Shown one piece after another: positions 30,381 to 39,884 of a stretch of 64,000 bases of DNA. Position numbers and translations under genes: made by a program. The stretch is taken from positions 83,630 to 147,629 of the forward strand of contig JADKJI010000002.1 in the NCBI GenBank assembly GCA_016721085.1, written 5' to 3'. The stretch comes from Chitinophagaceae bacterium. GTDB lineage: Bacteria; Bacteroidota; Bacteroidia; Chitinophagales; Chitinophagaceae. A model generated the notes under the pieces. The model saw only the letters and a list, made by a program, of their open reading frames with translations. It searched no databases and was not told the DNA's origin. The first letter of the stretch is position 1; each line of letters starts with the position of its first letter.

Positions 30381-32006
30381 CTAATCCAAAAACGCTTTCT
30401 TAAACCCAGGCACCTTCCTATTCTTTGTCGCCTGCTCATACGCATACGCTATCGCAATCAACTCGCCCTCCTTATAGGCCCCGGCAAAAAACGAAAACCC
30501 TACCGGTAAATCATATACCCATCCTCCCGGAACAGTAATATGCGGATACCCCGACATCGCCGCCGGCTGTGTCAAGAAATCATCTCCCCATCGGTCACCA
30601 TACATAACATCAATACTGCAGGAAGGACCCATTGTAATACCCGCGATTGCATCCAATTTGTTTGTAGCAATCAGATCGTCTATTATTTTTCTTGATACAT
30701 CTCTTCCCTTTGCCAAAGCTTCCAAATAATCCTTATCTGCTAAACCCTTGCTCTTTTCACTCGCTTCTAATAATTCCTGCTTGAAATAAGGCATGGCTTT
30801 ATCTTCATTCTGCAGATTAAAAGTTATCACATCCTGCAATGTCTTTATCTTATGATTTGTTCCTGCCAGATAAGCATTTAAGCCCGCTTTGAATTCATTT
30901 CTGAAAATGGTGCCTTCGTAACTCCCTAATTCATTGATCTTATCTACAAATTCAATATCTACAATCGATGCCCCCTGTGCTTTTAAGATTTCAATATTCT
31001 TTTCCAGTAACCGATTGATGAACTGGTTCTTGCTTTTCTTTTTCAAGTCAACACCAATCCTTTTACCCTTTAACCCGTTTGCGTCAAGATATTTTGTATA
31101 ATCTGTTGCTGCCTTGTCCTTGCTATTAGCAGTAACCGCATCTTTCTCATCTATACCCGCCAATGCTCCGAGAAAGATAGCAGCATCTTTTACTGTTCTT
31201 GCCAGTGGACCAGCAGTATCCTGAGTGGATGATATAGGAATGATACCTGTGCGACTTAATAATCCAACAGTTGGTTTTATGCCAACAACACCATTTACAG
31301 AAGCCGGACAAGTAATAGATCCATCAGTTTCCGTACCAATAGCAACAGCACATAGATTAGCAGCAACGGCTACTCCTGTTCCGGAACTGGAGCCACAAGG
31401 ATTATGATCTAATACATACGGCATCTTTGTTTGCCCACCTCTACTGCTCCAGCCCGATGATGAACTTGTAGAACGATAATTCGCCCACTCACTCAAATTC
31501 GTTTTTCCTAATAATACAGCACCGGCTTCCCTGAGTTTAGCTACTATGAAAGCATCTTTCGAAGCAATATTTCCAGTAAGCGCCAAAGCACCTGCCGTTG
31601 TCATCATCTTATCTCCAGTATCAATATTGTCTTTTATGAGTACCGGAATACCATGTAATGGTCCTCTTACTTTACCTGATTTTCTTTCAGCATCCATAGC
31701 CATAGCAATACTGATGGCATCAGGATTCACTTCTATTACTGCATTCAGCTTAGGGCCAGCCTTATCAATCTTGTTGATACGATCGAGATATGCTTGCGTT
31801 ATAGATTGGGATGTCAATGCACCGGTTTTCATCTTTTCCTGCAATGCATCTATTGTTGCTTCATTCAATTCGAAACTATCTGTTTCGGGTTTGTCGGAAA
31901 CAGTAGTAAACTTTTCTTTGGGCGTTTCATTACAAGCCGCAAATGTCAAAGCCGTTATTGATAATCCTGTCAATGAACTATTACGTAAGAAATTTCTCCT
32001 GTTCAT
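30381..32006 (-). CDS. amidase-signature family amidase, Tat-exported lipoprotein
   Basis: Twin-arginine leader MNRRNFLRNSSLTGLSITALTFAAC. Amidase-signature elements LIKDNIDT and CGSSSGTGVAVAA. Confidence 0.9.
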   Translation of the reverse strand: MNRRNFLRNSSLTGLSITALTFAACNETPKEKFTTVSDKPETDSFELNEATIDALQEKMKTGALTSQSITQAYLDRINKIDKAGPKLNAVIEVNPDAISIAMAMDAERKSGKVRGPLHGIPVLIKDNIDTGDKMMTTAGALALTGNIASKDAFIVAKLREAGAVLLGKTNLSEWANYRSTSSSSGWSSRGGQTKMPYVLDHNPCGSSSGTGVAVAANLCAVAIGTETDGSITCPASVNGVVGIKPTVGLLSRTGIIPISSTQDTAGPLARTVKDAAIFLGALAGIDEKDAVTANSKDKAATDYTKYLDANGLKGKRIGVDLKKKSKNQFINRLLEKNIEILKAQGASIVDIEFVDKINELGSYEGTIFRNEFKAGLNAYLAGTNHKIKTLQDVITFNLQNEDKAMPYFKQELLEASEKSKGLADKDYLEALAKGRDVSRKIIDDLIATNKLDAIAGITMGPSCSIDVMYGDRWGDDFLTQPAAMSGYPHITVPGGWVYDLPVGFSFFAGAYKEGELIAIAYAYEQATKNRKVPGFKKAFLD

Positions 32007-32038
32007 AGCTAGTTGTTTTGGTATTTTATTGAATTCAG

Positions 32039-34237
32039 TTATTCTCCCGGATGATATGTCTTCTCTACATGCTTCAAAACATCTTCCTTATAGAATAATA
32101 CGTCTTTGAATTGACCTTTACTGTACATAACTGACTGGTCGAAGAAGTGTGGTGATTTAGGATCGCCACTTTCTCCACCCGCCAGCAATGACTTTGCTTT
32201 TATCTTCTTTCCAAATTCTACTGCACAAATGAAACTGTTACCGTTCATTCCATATCTTTTTACAGTTCCTGGATAAGGGCGGCTTGTATAAGAAGGCAAC
32301 ATGCCCCATGTGGATGAAACAAATCCGACAGGAATGCTTGGTTGACTATCATCAAACTTATTGTCAATTGCATTAGATATCCTTTGGAAGCGATTGATTT
32401 CTCCCCATGGTAATTGCCAGCGACCGAATTTCTTTTCCAGATCTTTTATAGTCGTTAATAAAGGGGGTAGTAATATTTCAGGAGTGGCAGTCTCTGCAAA
32501 TCGTTTTGATTTTTCAACTACACCATCTTCTTCATCATCAATCATCTTAGTACGGAACATAGCAGGTAAGATACGCTGTCCCCACTCAATAGCCAAAGTA
32601 GTTGCTATAGAATTCTCATTGCAACGGAAATCCCAATTCTTCAATATAGCTATCGGCCCAACAAGGTATGCATAGATGCTATCTGTTGGTTTTACATTTT
32701 TTTCGAAAGATGCTACGAGCGAAGGAATCAATACTTCAAACGCTGTTAGATAGTTATCATATCCTGCTTTTATAACCTTATCAATTGTATACGCTTTCTC
32801 ACTATTTAATACACGCACTGCATTTAAACCTCTGAAATTTTCAGGGTCAGGTGCCATGTATTTAGGATAATCAGCTGGCTTAGGACTATATATTCCTGCT
32901 GCTGTAAATGGAGTGGAATTACAGTTCTGCACCCATCCGTTTTCAGGATTGTATATGTGAACAGTTTCATCCACTGCATGTAATCCTTTCCATTCAGTTG
33001 CAGATGTGGATCCGTCTACCGGTTTGGTCCAGTCAATAGAAGGATCACGTTTTGGAATACGGTTTCCATGCCAATAGGCAATGGTTCCATTGGCATCAGC
33101 ATAAACAGTGTTATTCGAAATGTTACCATTCAATGCCATTGTTTTCTTGAAAGCTTCAAAGCCATTAGCTTTTGTTCGTTGCCAGCATTGTATCAATCCG
33201 TTCATGATACGGTTATCCGCTTTCATACTTAAGAACTGACCATTCCGTTTTGCCATTATCGGTCCATGCTGTGTGAATATAGCCTGGATGGTTTTTGTTT
33301 CTATACTTCCGCCCTTCTTATAACTGATAGCTATATCTTTCTGGATGGCTTTCTTAGTTGTATTATCATATTGATAGGTCCAACCCTTATCAGTCTTTTC
33401 TAATTTTTCTATGTAAGTATCTGCAGCATCTATATAACAGGATGTATGCATCCATCCGCAGTTTTCATTGAATCCCTGATAAACGAAGAACTGTCCCCAG
33501 GTTACTGCACCATAAGCATTCAATCCTTCTTCACTAACCATATGTACTTCAGGACGGAAATAAAAAGTAACATGGGGATTGATATATAATATGGCATTAC
33601 CCGATTCAGTAATTTTTGGTGCGAAAGCAAATCCATTTGAACCAGTTAGTATTCCTTCTTCTTCACCAATTTTTTTCTTTTCCTGATAGGCGATTGAATT
33701 GCTGGAATTGCCATAGAGTTTTGCCAGATCAGCAGTGGTTAAGTCGGCTGTACTGATGGCTCCAATACTTCCATCGGTCCATAGTAAAGGATACCAGGGT
33801 TCAAAGTGTTGTAACAATGCCGGACGAACTTCCGGGTGTTTGTACAGATAATAGTTCATGCCATCAGCGAATGCGTTGCAAAGTTTTTTCAACCAGGCTG
33901 GTGCATTCTTATAATCATTCTTGGCTTCTGTTGAATCTATGATCATCCGAATCAGCAGATCTTCATAGAACTCCGATTCTCCTTTTACTTCAGCCATCCT
34001 GCCCAGTTTCTCAACATAGTTCATCTCCACCCTGTTGAAATCATCTTCACACTGAGCGTACATCAATCCAAAAACGGCATCGGCATCCGATTTTCCGTAG
34101 ATATGGGGTATACCCCAATTATCGCGAATGATGGTGACTTTCTTAGCCTGTTGTTCCCAACGGGCGATCGTTGATTTTGACAATGGCTGAGCCAACAGCT
34201 GCAATGGCAATAGCAGCAGGAGAAGGATTTTTTTCAT
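32039..34237 (-). CDS. penicillin acylase / AHL acylase family Ntn hydrolase (peptidase S45)
   Basis: Signal peptide. 732 aa. A candidate autoprocessing site and nucleophile is at LTGSNGFAFAP. The alpha/beta subunit layout is typical of the family. Confidence 0.85.
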   Translation of the reverse strand: MKKILLLLLLPLQLLAQPLSKSTIARWEQQAKKVTIIRDNWGIPHIYGKSDADAVFGLMYAQCEDDFNRVEMNYVEKLGRMAEVKGESEFYEDLLIRMIIDSTEAKNDYKNAPAWLKKLCNAFADGMNYYLYKHPEVRPALLQHFEPWYPLLWTDGSIGAISTADLTTADLAKLYGNSSNSIAYQEKKKIGEEEGILTGSNGFAFAPKITESGNAILYINPHVTFYFRPEVHMVSEEGLNAYGAVTWGQFFVYQGFNENCGWMHTSCYIDAADTYIEKLEKTDKGWTYQYDNTTKKAIQKDIAISYKKGGSIETKTIQAIFTQHGPIMAKRNGQFLSMKADNRIMNGLIQCWQRTKANGFEAFKKTMALNGNISNNTVYADANGTIAYWHGNRIPKRDPSIDWTKPVDGSTSATEWKGLHAVDETVHIYNPENGWVQNCNSTPFTAAGIYSPKPADYPKYMAPDPENFRGLNAVRVLNSEKAYTIDKVIKAGYDNYLTAFEVLIPSLVASFEKNVKPTDSIYAYLVGPIAILKNWDFRCNENSIATTLAIEWGQRILPAMFRTKMIDDEEDGVVEKSKRFAETATPEILLPPLLTTIKDLEKKFGRWQLPWGEINRFQRISNAIDNKFDDSQPSIPVGFVSSTWGMLPSYTSRPYPGTVKRYGMNGNSFICAVEFGKKIKAKSLLAGGESGDPKSPHFFDQSVMYSKGQFKDVLFYKEDVLKHVEKTYHPGE

Positions 34238-34346
34238 ACTCTAAAATAATGGATTCCACCGTCGGTTAGGTCATCGTCCTGTTTTTTATCTTAACGTGGG
34301 GACAGATTTCTTTTTACTTGCTGTTAATACTCGACAAATACATTTT

Positions 34347-34397
34347 ACCGCAGAGAGGCGCGGGGAATACATCTCTGCGCCTCCGCGTCTCTGCGGT
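34347..34397. repeat. GC-rich palindrome family B, copy 3
   Basis: ACCGCAGAGAGGCGCGG..loop..CTGCGCCTCCGCGTCTCTGCGGT. It lies 32 nt downstream of the M28 stop. Confidence 0.85.
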
Positions 34398-34428
34398 TAT
34401 TGTATTATTTTGACGGAAGAATTCCTAT

Positions 34429-36144
34429 TTATAATGCCTTGATTAATTGCTCAGATTTCTCTGAAACCTGTTTTTGAGCTGCTTGAATGGCCGCTTCCAG
34501 TTTCGGAGTGAAGCCACCGGGAATCAGGTTGTTCATCTTAGCTAATGCTCCAAAATAATAATTGCTCCATGTTTCGAGGATATGTGATTCTTTTTCTTTT
34601 GACCCCCCATTTTTTATTGCATCCTGACTGAGTTTCATTTCAACTTCCAATCTTTTGAAGGCGCTAACTTTTAATTCTTCAACAAGGAAAAGCGCTGTTT
34701 TTTCACTGGAAGAAGTGAGTGTAATAGCGGCAACTAATGCAGACACACCCACATTCTTCATTTCCCATGCTGATACGTTTTCCAAACGGTCGCCATCGGT
34801 ATGATAGAATTCATCGGTGAAATGCCACATCAATAATCCAGGAATATTCGCTTGTAAAAAAGGGGTATGATCAGAACCTCCTTCGAAAGGATTCGTCTTT
34901 ACAATCCAGCCATTGGTTTTTGCCTGGTCTAAACAACGGTTCAATATGAAGTCATTGAAATAATGAGGAACAATATCTTTTTCTTTCAGAACACCGCCAC
35001 CCCATTCGGTATGTTTTTCTTCTCCTCGGGTCCAAACAGCTGAAGGATCAGGCATTTTTTCGATAAGGAAACTTCCCCCTGTCTTCTTAACATCTTCACC
35101 TACCATATCAAGACTCATTCCCCAAAGTATACCCTTGGCTCTTTCTTTATCTTCTGTAACATATCGACGGGTTGATACAATCTCATCACCCCATAAAAAG
35201 CTGATGCTTCTTTTTGGATTCAGTTTTCCTTTACTGATTAGTTCTGCTGCAGTCCTTGCCATTTCTGCAAGCGTACCAACGCCGGTTGCGTTATCGTTGG
35301 CGCCAGGTTCCTGTACATGCGCAGAAAATACAAACCGTTCATCGGGCTGACTATTTCCTTTTATATCTGCTATAATAGTCAGTTCGTCTGATGTCCTGAA
35401 AGTGGCAACTGTTTTGATACGTAAGCGAACAGGGCCTTTCAGTAAAGCGGCTTTCAATCTGTCTTTCGCGGCAGTCGATAGTAATATGCCGAATGTTTTT
35501 GATAGACTATCACTATAGCTAATGCCAGTGAATTGTATGGAATTGGTATGCTTTGTAGGTTTCAGATAACCTGGCAAGGAATACCCTAAAGCGCCGATAG
35601 CGCCCTTTTGGACTGCAATGCGATGTACTTGTCCAACGCCTTGATCTGCAAATAGCAATTTCCCTTTCAGGTCAAGGCTTTCCAGTGCTTCTTTGGTGGT
35701 TTTCTCTGCATAAACCAGATCTGCTTCAATGCCTTCAGGAGGGGTATTGCCTGAATTGATGGCCAGCATGTTTCTATTTGTTTTGAAACTCAGCAGAGGA
35801 ACGGGATCGCCTACAATCTCAACTATGGCATCAACTGGTTCCCATGAGGGACGCTTTAATGGACGCCTTTCAATTCTATAAGTAAGCCTATTCTTTGTAG
35901 TAGCAACGGCTTCATTTACATAGCCTGCTTTTTTTAGAATGTCTTCCACATAAAAAATGCTTTCATCAAAACCTTTATTGCCGGCTAGTCTCCAGCGTTG
36001 TTCAACGAAAGCTACGGTAGCGTAGGCGTTTTTTTCGTTGAAAGCCTTTCTTATGACATTGTTTGTTTCTGCCAGTTCTTTATCATTTTGTGAGAATAAA
36101 ACAGCAGGGATTAATATGAAGAGTAGTAGCTGAATTTTTTTCAT
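34429..36144 (-). CDS. M28 family metallopeptidase (aminopeptidase-like)
   Basis: Signal peptide. Metal-ligand block HVQEPGANDNATGVGTLAEMA and downstream WGDEIVS and GGSDHTPF segments. Confidence 0.85.
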   Translation of the reverse strand: MKKIQLLLFILIPAVLFSQNDKELAETNNVIRKAFNEKNAYATVAFVEQRWRLAGNKGFDESIFYVEDILKKAGYVNEAVATTKNRLTYRIERRPLKRPSWEPVDAIVEIVGDPVPLLSFKTNRNMLAINSGNTPPEGIEADLVYAEKTTKEALESLDLKGKLLFADQGVGQVHRIAVQKGAIGALGYSLPGYLKPTKHTNSIQFTGISYSDSLSKTFGILLSTAAKDRLKAALLKGPVRLRIKTVATFRTSDELTIIADIKGNSQPDERFVFSAHVQEPGANDNATGVGTLAEMARTAAELISKGKLNPKRSISFLWGDEIVSTRRYVTEDKERAKGILWGMSLDMVGEDVKKTGGSFLIEKMPDPSAVWTRGEEKHTEWGGGVLKEKDIVPHYFNDFILNRCLDQAKTNGWIVKTNPFEGGSDHTPFLQANIPGLLMWHFTDEFYHTDGDRLENVSAWEMKNVGVSALVAAITLTSSSEKTALFLVEELKVSAFKRLEVEMKLSQDAIKNGGSKEKESHILETWSNYYFGALAKMNNLIPGGFTPKLEAAIQAAQKQVSEKSEQLIKAL

Positions 36145-36150
36145 AGAAGT

Positions 36151-36261
36151 TTATTTGAAGAACCTGTCGTATAAGAATGCACAAATGAAGCCGATAATTA
36201 CAAACAGTATGAAGCGAAGCAATCTTTTCTTAAAGCTTAGTTTGCCAGTAAACATATCCAT
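36151..36261 (-). CDS. candidate 36-aa single-TM small protein (below ORF-track cutoff)
   Basis: Hand translation gives MDMFTGKLSFKKRLLRFILFVIIGFICAFLYDRFFK*. A basic N-terminus is followed by one hydrophobic helix. The stop lies 6 nt before the M28 start codon on the same strand. Confidence 0.3.
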   Translation of the reverse strand: MDMFTGKLSFKKRLLRFILFVIIGFICAFLYDRFFK

Positions 36262-36428
36262 AAAAAGATATTTGTATTAAGTTTCCAGTAAATTATAAAA
36301 TACGGAAGAAGCTAAATTACTATAGACATTTTATTCTTTTAATAACTGTAGTATGAACTCAGTAAAAAAAATGAAAGCCGGTAACTATACCATTCGCTTT
36401 GGATTAGGATTAAGTCAATCCTGGAAAG

Positions 36429-37619
36429 TTATTTAACCTCATTCGCTTTTAGCAAACGGATGAAGTTACCTCCAAGAATTTTCTCAATGTCTTTTTTGGA
36501 ATAGCCTCTTTTTACCAATTCTTCTGTTATCAATGGATAATTTGTTACATCATCCAATTCTTTTGGGGATGAATTGATGCCGTCGAAGTCGGATCCTAAT
36601 CCAACATGATCAACACCGATTAGCTTTACGATATAATCAAGATGGTCGATCAGCATGGACATTGGTGGACGAAGACTATTCACTTCATCAGGATATTTTT
36701 CAAAGAGATAGGTGTCTGCGAAATAGGGGTCAGTAACTGTTTTCAATACTGAATCCCTTTCGGCTTTATGTTTCTCATTGAATGAGGTATTTCGTTTGAA
36801 AAACATGGAATCGACAAAACCAGAGAAGAAATTCAGATGAATAACACCCCCATTTTTTCCTACCGCTTTTATCTGGTCATCTTTCAGGTTTCTGAAAACA
36901 GGACATAGAGTATAAGAGCAGCTGTGAGAAACCAATACGGGTTTAGTTGTGGTGGCAATAGCATCCCAGAAGGTTTGTTCGCCAACATGGCTAAGATCGA
37001 CCAGCATTCCCAATTGATTCATTTTCCTTACAACGTCTTTGCCAAAATCAGTCAAGCCTTTTTTTCTTTCACGCATCATTCTTTCGTTTGGAACCGTACT
37101 GCTTTCTTCCATGGCAGAAGTGGCCCATTCAGTGGAATTGTTCCAGGTGAGCGTCATATATCTTGCACCTCTTTTATATAATGCTTCGAGTTTGCCGAGA
37201 TCGTTTTCTATCATATGTCCCCCTTCAACGCCAAGCATGGCACCTAGCTTTTTCTGTTTAACTGCTTTTTGGAGGTCGGATGAGTTATAAACCATCATCA
37301 TCTTCTTCGGGTTTCTGGCGGTCCAGGCATAAACAGAGTCAATTTCCTGGTTAGCCCATGCATAAGGATTCACTTTCACACCATCGCACCAGATGGAGAA
37401 TATCTGGATATCGACACCCCCTTGCTTCATTCTGTCCAAATCTGAATAGGTTTTACCTTTCAGTGCCTGGTCAAAAGCTAGTCCTTTATCGATTCCAGTG
37501 GTAGGGAAATCGTTATGAGAATCAATCAAAATGGCTTTTGAGTGTATTTTTGAAGCGGATTGAGCCCAAACGGAGGCAGATATCATTAAACTGGCGCAAG
37601 TGAGTGCTAAAATTTTCAT
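36429..37619 (-). CDS. M19 membrane (renal-type) dipeptidase
   Basis: Motifs DSHNDFP, VDLSHV, SHSC and GLGSDFDG. The start is placed at MKILALTCASLMISASVWAQ (37619); the ORF track extends to 37724. Confidence 0.9.
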   Translation of the reverse strand: MKILALTCASLMISASVWAQSASKIHSKAILIDSHNDFPTTGIDKGLAFDQALKGKTYSDLDRMKQGGVDIQIFSIWCDGVKVNPYAWANQEIDSVYAWTARNPKKMMMVYNSSDLQKAVKQKKLGAMLGVEGGHMIENDLGKLEALYKRGARYMTLTWNNSTEWATSAMEESSTVPNERMMRERKKGLTDFGKDVVRKMNQLGMLVDLSHVGEQTFWDAIATTTKPVLVSHSCSYTLCPVFRNLKDDQIKAVGKNGGVIHLNFFSGFVDSMFFKRNTSFNEKHKAERDSVLKTVTDPYFADTYLFEKYPDEVNSLRPPMSMLIDHLDYIVKLIGVDHVGLGSDFDGINSSPKELDDVTNYPLITEELVKRGYSKKDIEKILGGNFIRLLKANEVK

Positions 37620-37644
37620 GTTGGAATTTGTAAATGGAAGGGAA

Positions 37645-38166
37645 ATGGCATTAAATTTAAGAAAGCTACCGCAGATGCTGAAAATTGTTCTTGTTAACGA
37701 AGAAGGACCTGAATTGGAAATCATCAGGCAACTGTTCCGCGACTATGAAGCGGAATTGGATGAAAATATCTGTTTCCAATCTTTTGAGAAGGAATTAGAG
37801 AACCCCTTGATCAAATATGGAGGAAAGTCGGCCGGACTTTGGTTGGCGTATTATAATAATGAAGTGGCTGGCTGTATCGGTTTATTGCCATTAGCAGAAA
37901 ATGCTGTTTGTGAGATGAAACGATTGTATGTGAAACCAGCTTTCAGGAAATATGGAATTGGAAGAGCTTTGGTGGAATTGATATTGGAAGAAGCAAGGGC
38001 AAAAGGGCATAAAACAATGGTGTTAGATACCTTGCCTAAATTACAAGCAGCTATCAGTCTCTATAAAACGTATGGTTTTACTGAAAGGGATGCTTATTAT
38101 CATAATCCTCTCGAAGGAGTGATTTATTTGGAAAAGAAGCTTCAATCTGCAGGGATACCCATTTAG
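37645..38166 (+). CDS. GNAT family N-acetyltransferase
   Basis: Acetyl-CoA motif region LYVKPAFRKYGIGRALVE. The start is uncertain: ATG at 37645 or 37675, with the ORF-track GTG at 37600 overlapping the divergent dipeptidase gene. Confidence 0.8.
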   Translation: MALNLRKLPQMLKIVLVNEEGPELEIIRQLFRDYEAELDENICFQSFEKELENPLIKYGGKSAGLWLAYYNNEVAGCIGLLPLAENAVCEMKRLYVKPAFRKYGIGRALVELILEEARAKGHKTMVLDTLPKLQAAISLYKTYGFTERDAYYHNPLEGVIYLEKKLQSAGIPI

Positions 38167-38263
38167 TTGAATATTCGAGTTGAAAGAAATCTAAGGTGAT
38201 TGAAATAGGTAACCTAAATGAAATTATTCAAACCCAAGTATTTCCTGTTCTGCCTTTTAAGCT

Positions 38264-38536
38264 TTGTATATTGGTGAAGAAGGCTTACTATCAAAAAATG
38301 GGTATAGGCTCATTTCATTATCATTTATTTTACTAACTACAATTATTTATTACTTTCTTCATAAGGCTAAATTGAAGGGGTCTTTTATTCTTAAAAAAAG
38401 AAATAGGCCAATTACTAACCGCGAGTTATTATATATTTTATTATTGGCGTTTTTAAAGGGATCCATCTTATTCATTGATGACAATAACGATTTGCTACTT
38501 TATATCTTTAATTGTTATCGGGCTTATCACTTCTAA
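38264..38536 (+). CDS. doubtful ORF in AT-rich spacer (hypothetical)
   Basis: 90-aa ORF with a TTG start, low-complexity Ile/Leu/Tyr/Lys-rich, in a visibly AT-rich gap. It may not be a gene. Confidence 0.15.
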   Translation: MYIGEEGLLSKNGYRLISLSFILLTTIIYYFLHKAKLKGSFILKKRNRPITNRELLYILLLAFLKGSILFIDDNNDLLLYIFNCYRAYHF

Positions 38537-38865
38537 TATAAGCCAGAAACCGTTTCATTTACAAACAAAACAGTTTTTAATGATTATAGGTTAATGGAAA
38601 TGAATAAACTGATATAACAGCAATTAAGTATATTGAAGCTGATCAAAAAATTGCATTTGAATTTAAAGAGGGCATAGATAATTTTGATCTCCTTCGAGCA
38701 GAATATGACCTTACAGAACTTATGACCTTCTTAAAAGCATTGTCGCAATCTTGTGAACAAGAGATTGAAGTCTCAGATATACTTACAAATTATTATTTCC
38801 TGAAAGTCCAATAATATAGGCATGTACCATTACTCAAATTTTCCTACTAAAGAATAAAATTATAT

Positions 38866-39496
38866 ATGTCTATTTCTTTTCAACAAGTACAACAATACCT
38901 ACCAGGTTTCAGCTCAGAATTACAGCAGGAAATGGCGGAGCATGCCACTCTGATGGAAATACCTGCAGGCACTGAAATATTAAGGGAAGGACAGTATGTG
39001 AAAGTGATTCCGATTGTGTTAACCGGTGTTGTGAAAGTGGTAGCGCATTTCGAAGAGAAGGAATTGCTATTGTATTATATAGAGCCGAAGGAGAGTTGTG
39101 TGATGTCGTTTTCAGCATCATTGAAAAATGAACCCAGCCGTATAAATGCCCAAACGGAGGAAGATAGTCTGGTGATGTTATTGCCAGTTGAAAAAGTAGC
39201 ACGCTGGGTTCGTGAATATCCTCCTATCAATCAGCTTTTTTATCAACAGTATAATCAACGTTACAGTGAATTGCTCGACACCATCAATCATCTGCTGTTT
39301 AACCGATTAGACCAGCGTGTTTATAATTATCTACTAGAAAAAACAAAGCTTAAAGGAGAAAAAGTTCTTCAAATTAAACATCGTCAAATTGCCGCTGAGC
39401 TGGGCACCGTAGGGGAAGTGGTTACCAGGGGTCTTGAAACGTCTTGAGCAAGAGGGTAAAGTGCGGCAAACTTCAGATGGAATTGAAATTATTTGA
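38866..39496 (+). pseudogene. Crp/Fnr family transcriptional regulator, frameshifted in the C-terminal HTH (or a one-base assembly error)
   Basis: The cNMP-binding-like N-terminal domain is intact. At the GGGG run 39428-39431 the frame breaks. Removing one G restores ...GEVVTRVLKRLEQEGKVRQTSDGIEII*, ending at 39496, which is the canonical Crp-family recognition-helix tail. Confidence 0.7.
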
Positions 39497-39500
39497 AGGT

Positions 39501-39516
39501 GGTGATTCTAGTCACC
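39501..39516. promoter_or_regulatory. candidate Crp/Fnr-type operator GGTGA-N6-TCACC
   Basis: Arms are perfect 5-bp inverted repeats with 6-nt spacing. It lies 5 nt after the restored Crp stop and about 155 nt upstream of the DUF2892 start. Confidence 0.3.
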
Positions 39517-39672
39517 AAATGCCCCGGCAGAGAAGTTTAGTTTTACCCTATCAATTCAACCACATGCGATCAAAGGCATTAAAATTATTGATTGTCTGCC
39601 TCAGCTGCATCGTGTTGGTTATAGCGATTGTAAAACTTATTCAATTTCTCAGTTAACTAAAAACAAACTATT

Positions 39673-39876
39673 ATGAAAAAGAACATGGGCTCTGCCGATC
39701 GTATCATCCGCTTATTATTAGCTGCTGTATTTGCATATCTCTATTTCGGAGGCGTTGTTACCGGAACATTAGGTATTGTTCTCGTGGTGTTGGGTGGAGT
39801 ATTTGCTCTGACATCTTTGATAAGCTTCTGTCCTTTGTATACTTTGGTGGGAATGAATACGTGTCCGAAGAAGTAA
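39673..39876 (+). CDS. DUF2892 (YgaP-like) small membrane protein
   Basis: 67 aa. N-terminal ADRIIRLLLA, two TM helices and a C-terminal SFCPLYTLVGMNTC motif, which is typical of DUF2892. Confidence 0.75.
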   Translation: MKKNMGSADRIIRLLLAAVFAYLYFGGVVTGTLGIVLVVLGGVFALTSLISFCPLYTLVGMNTCPKK

Positions 39877-39884
39877 AAAGTATA

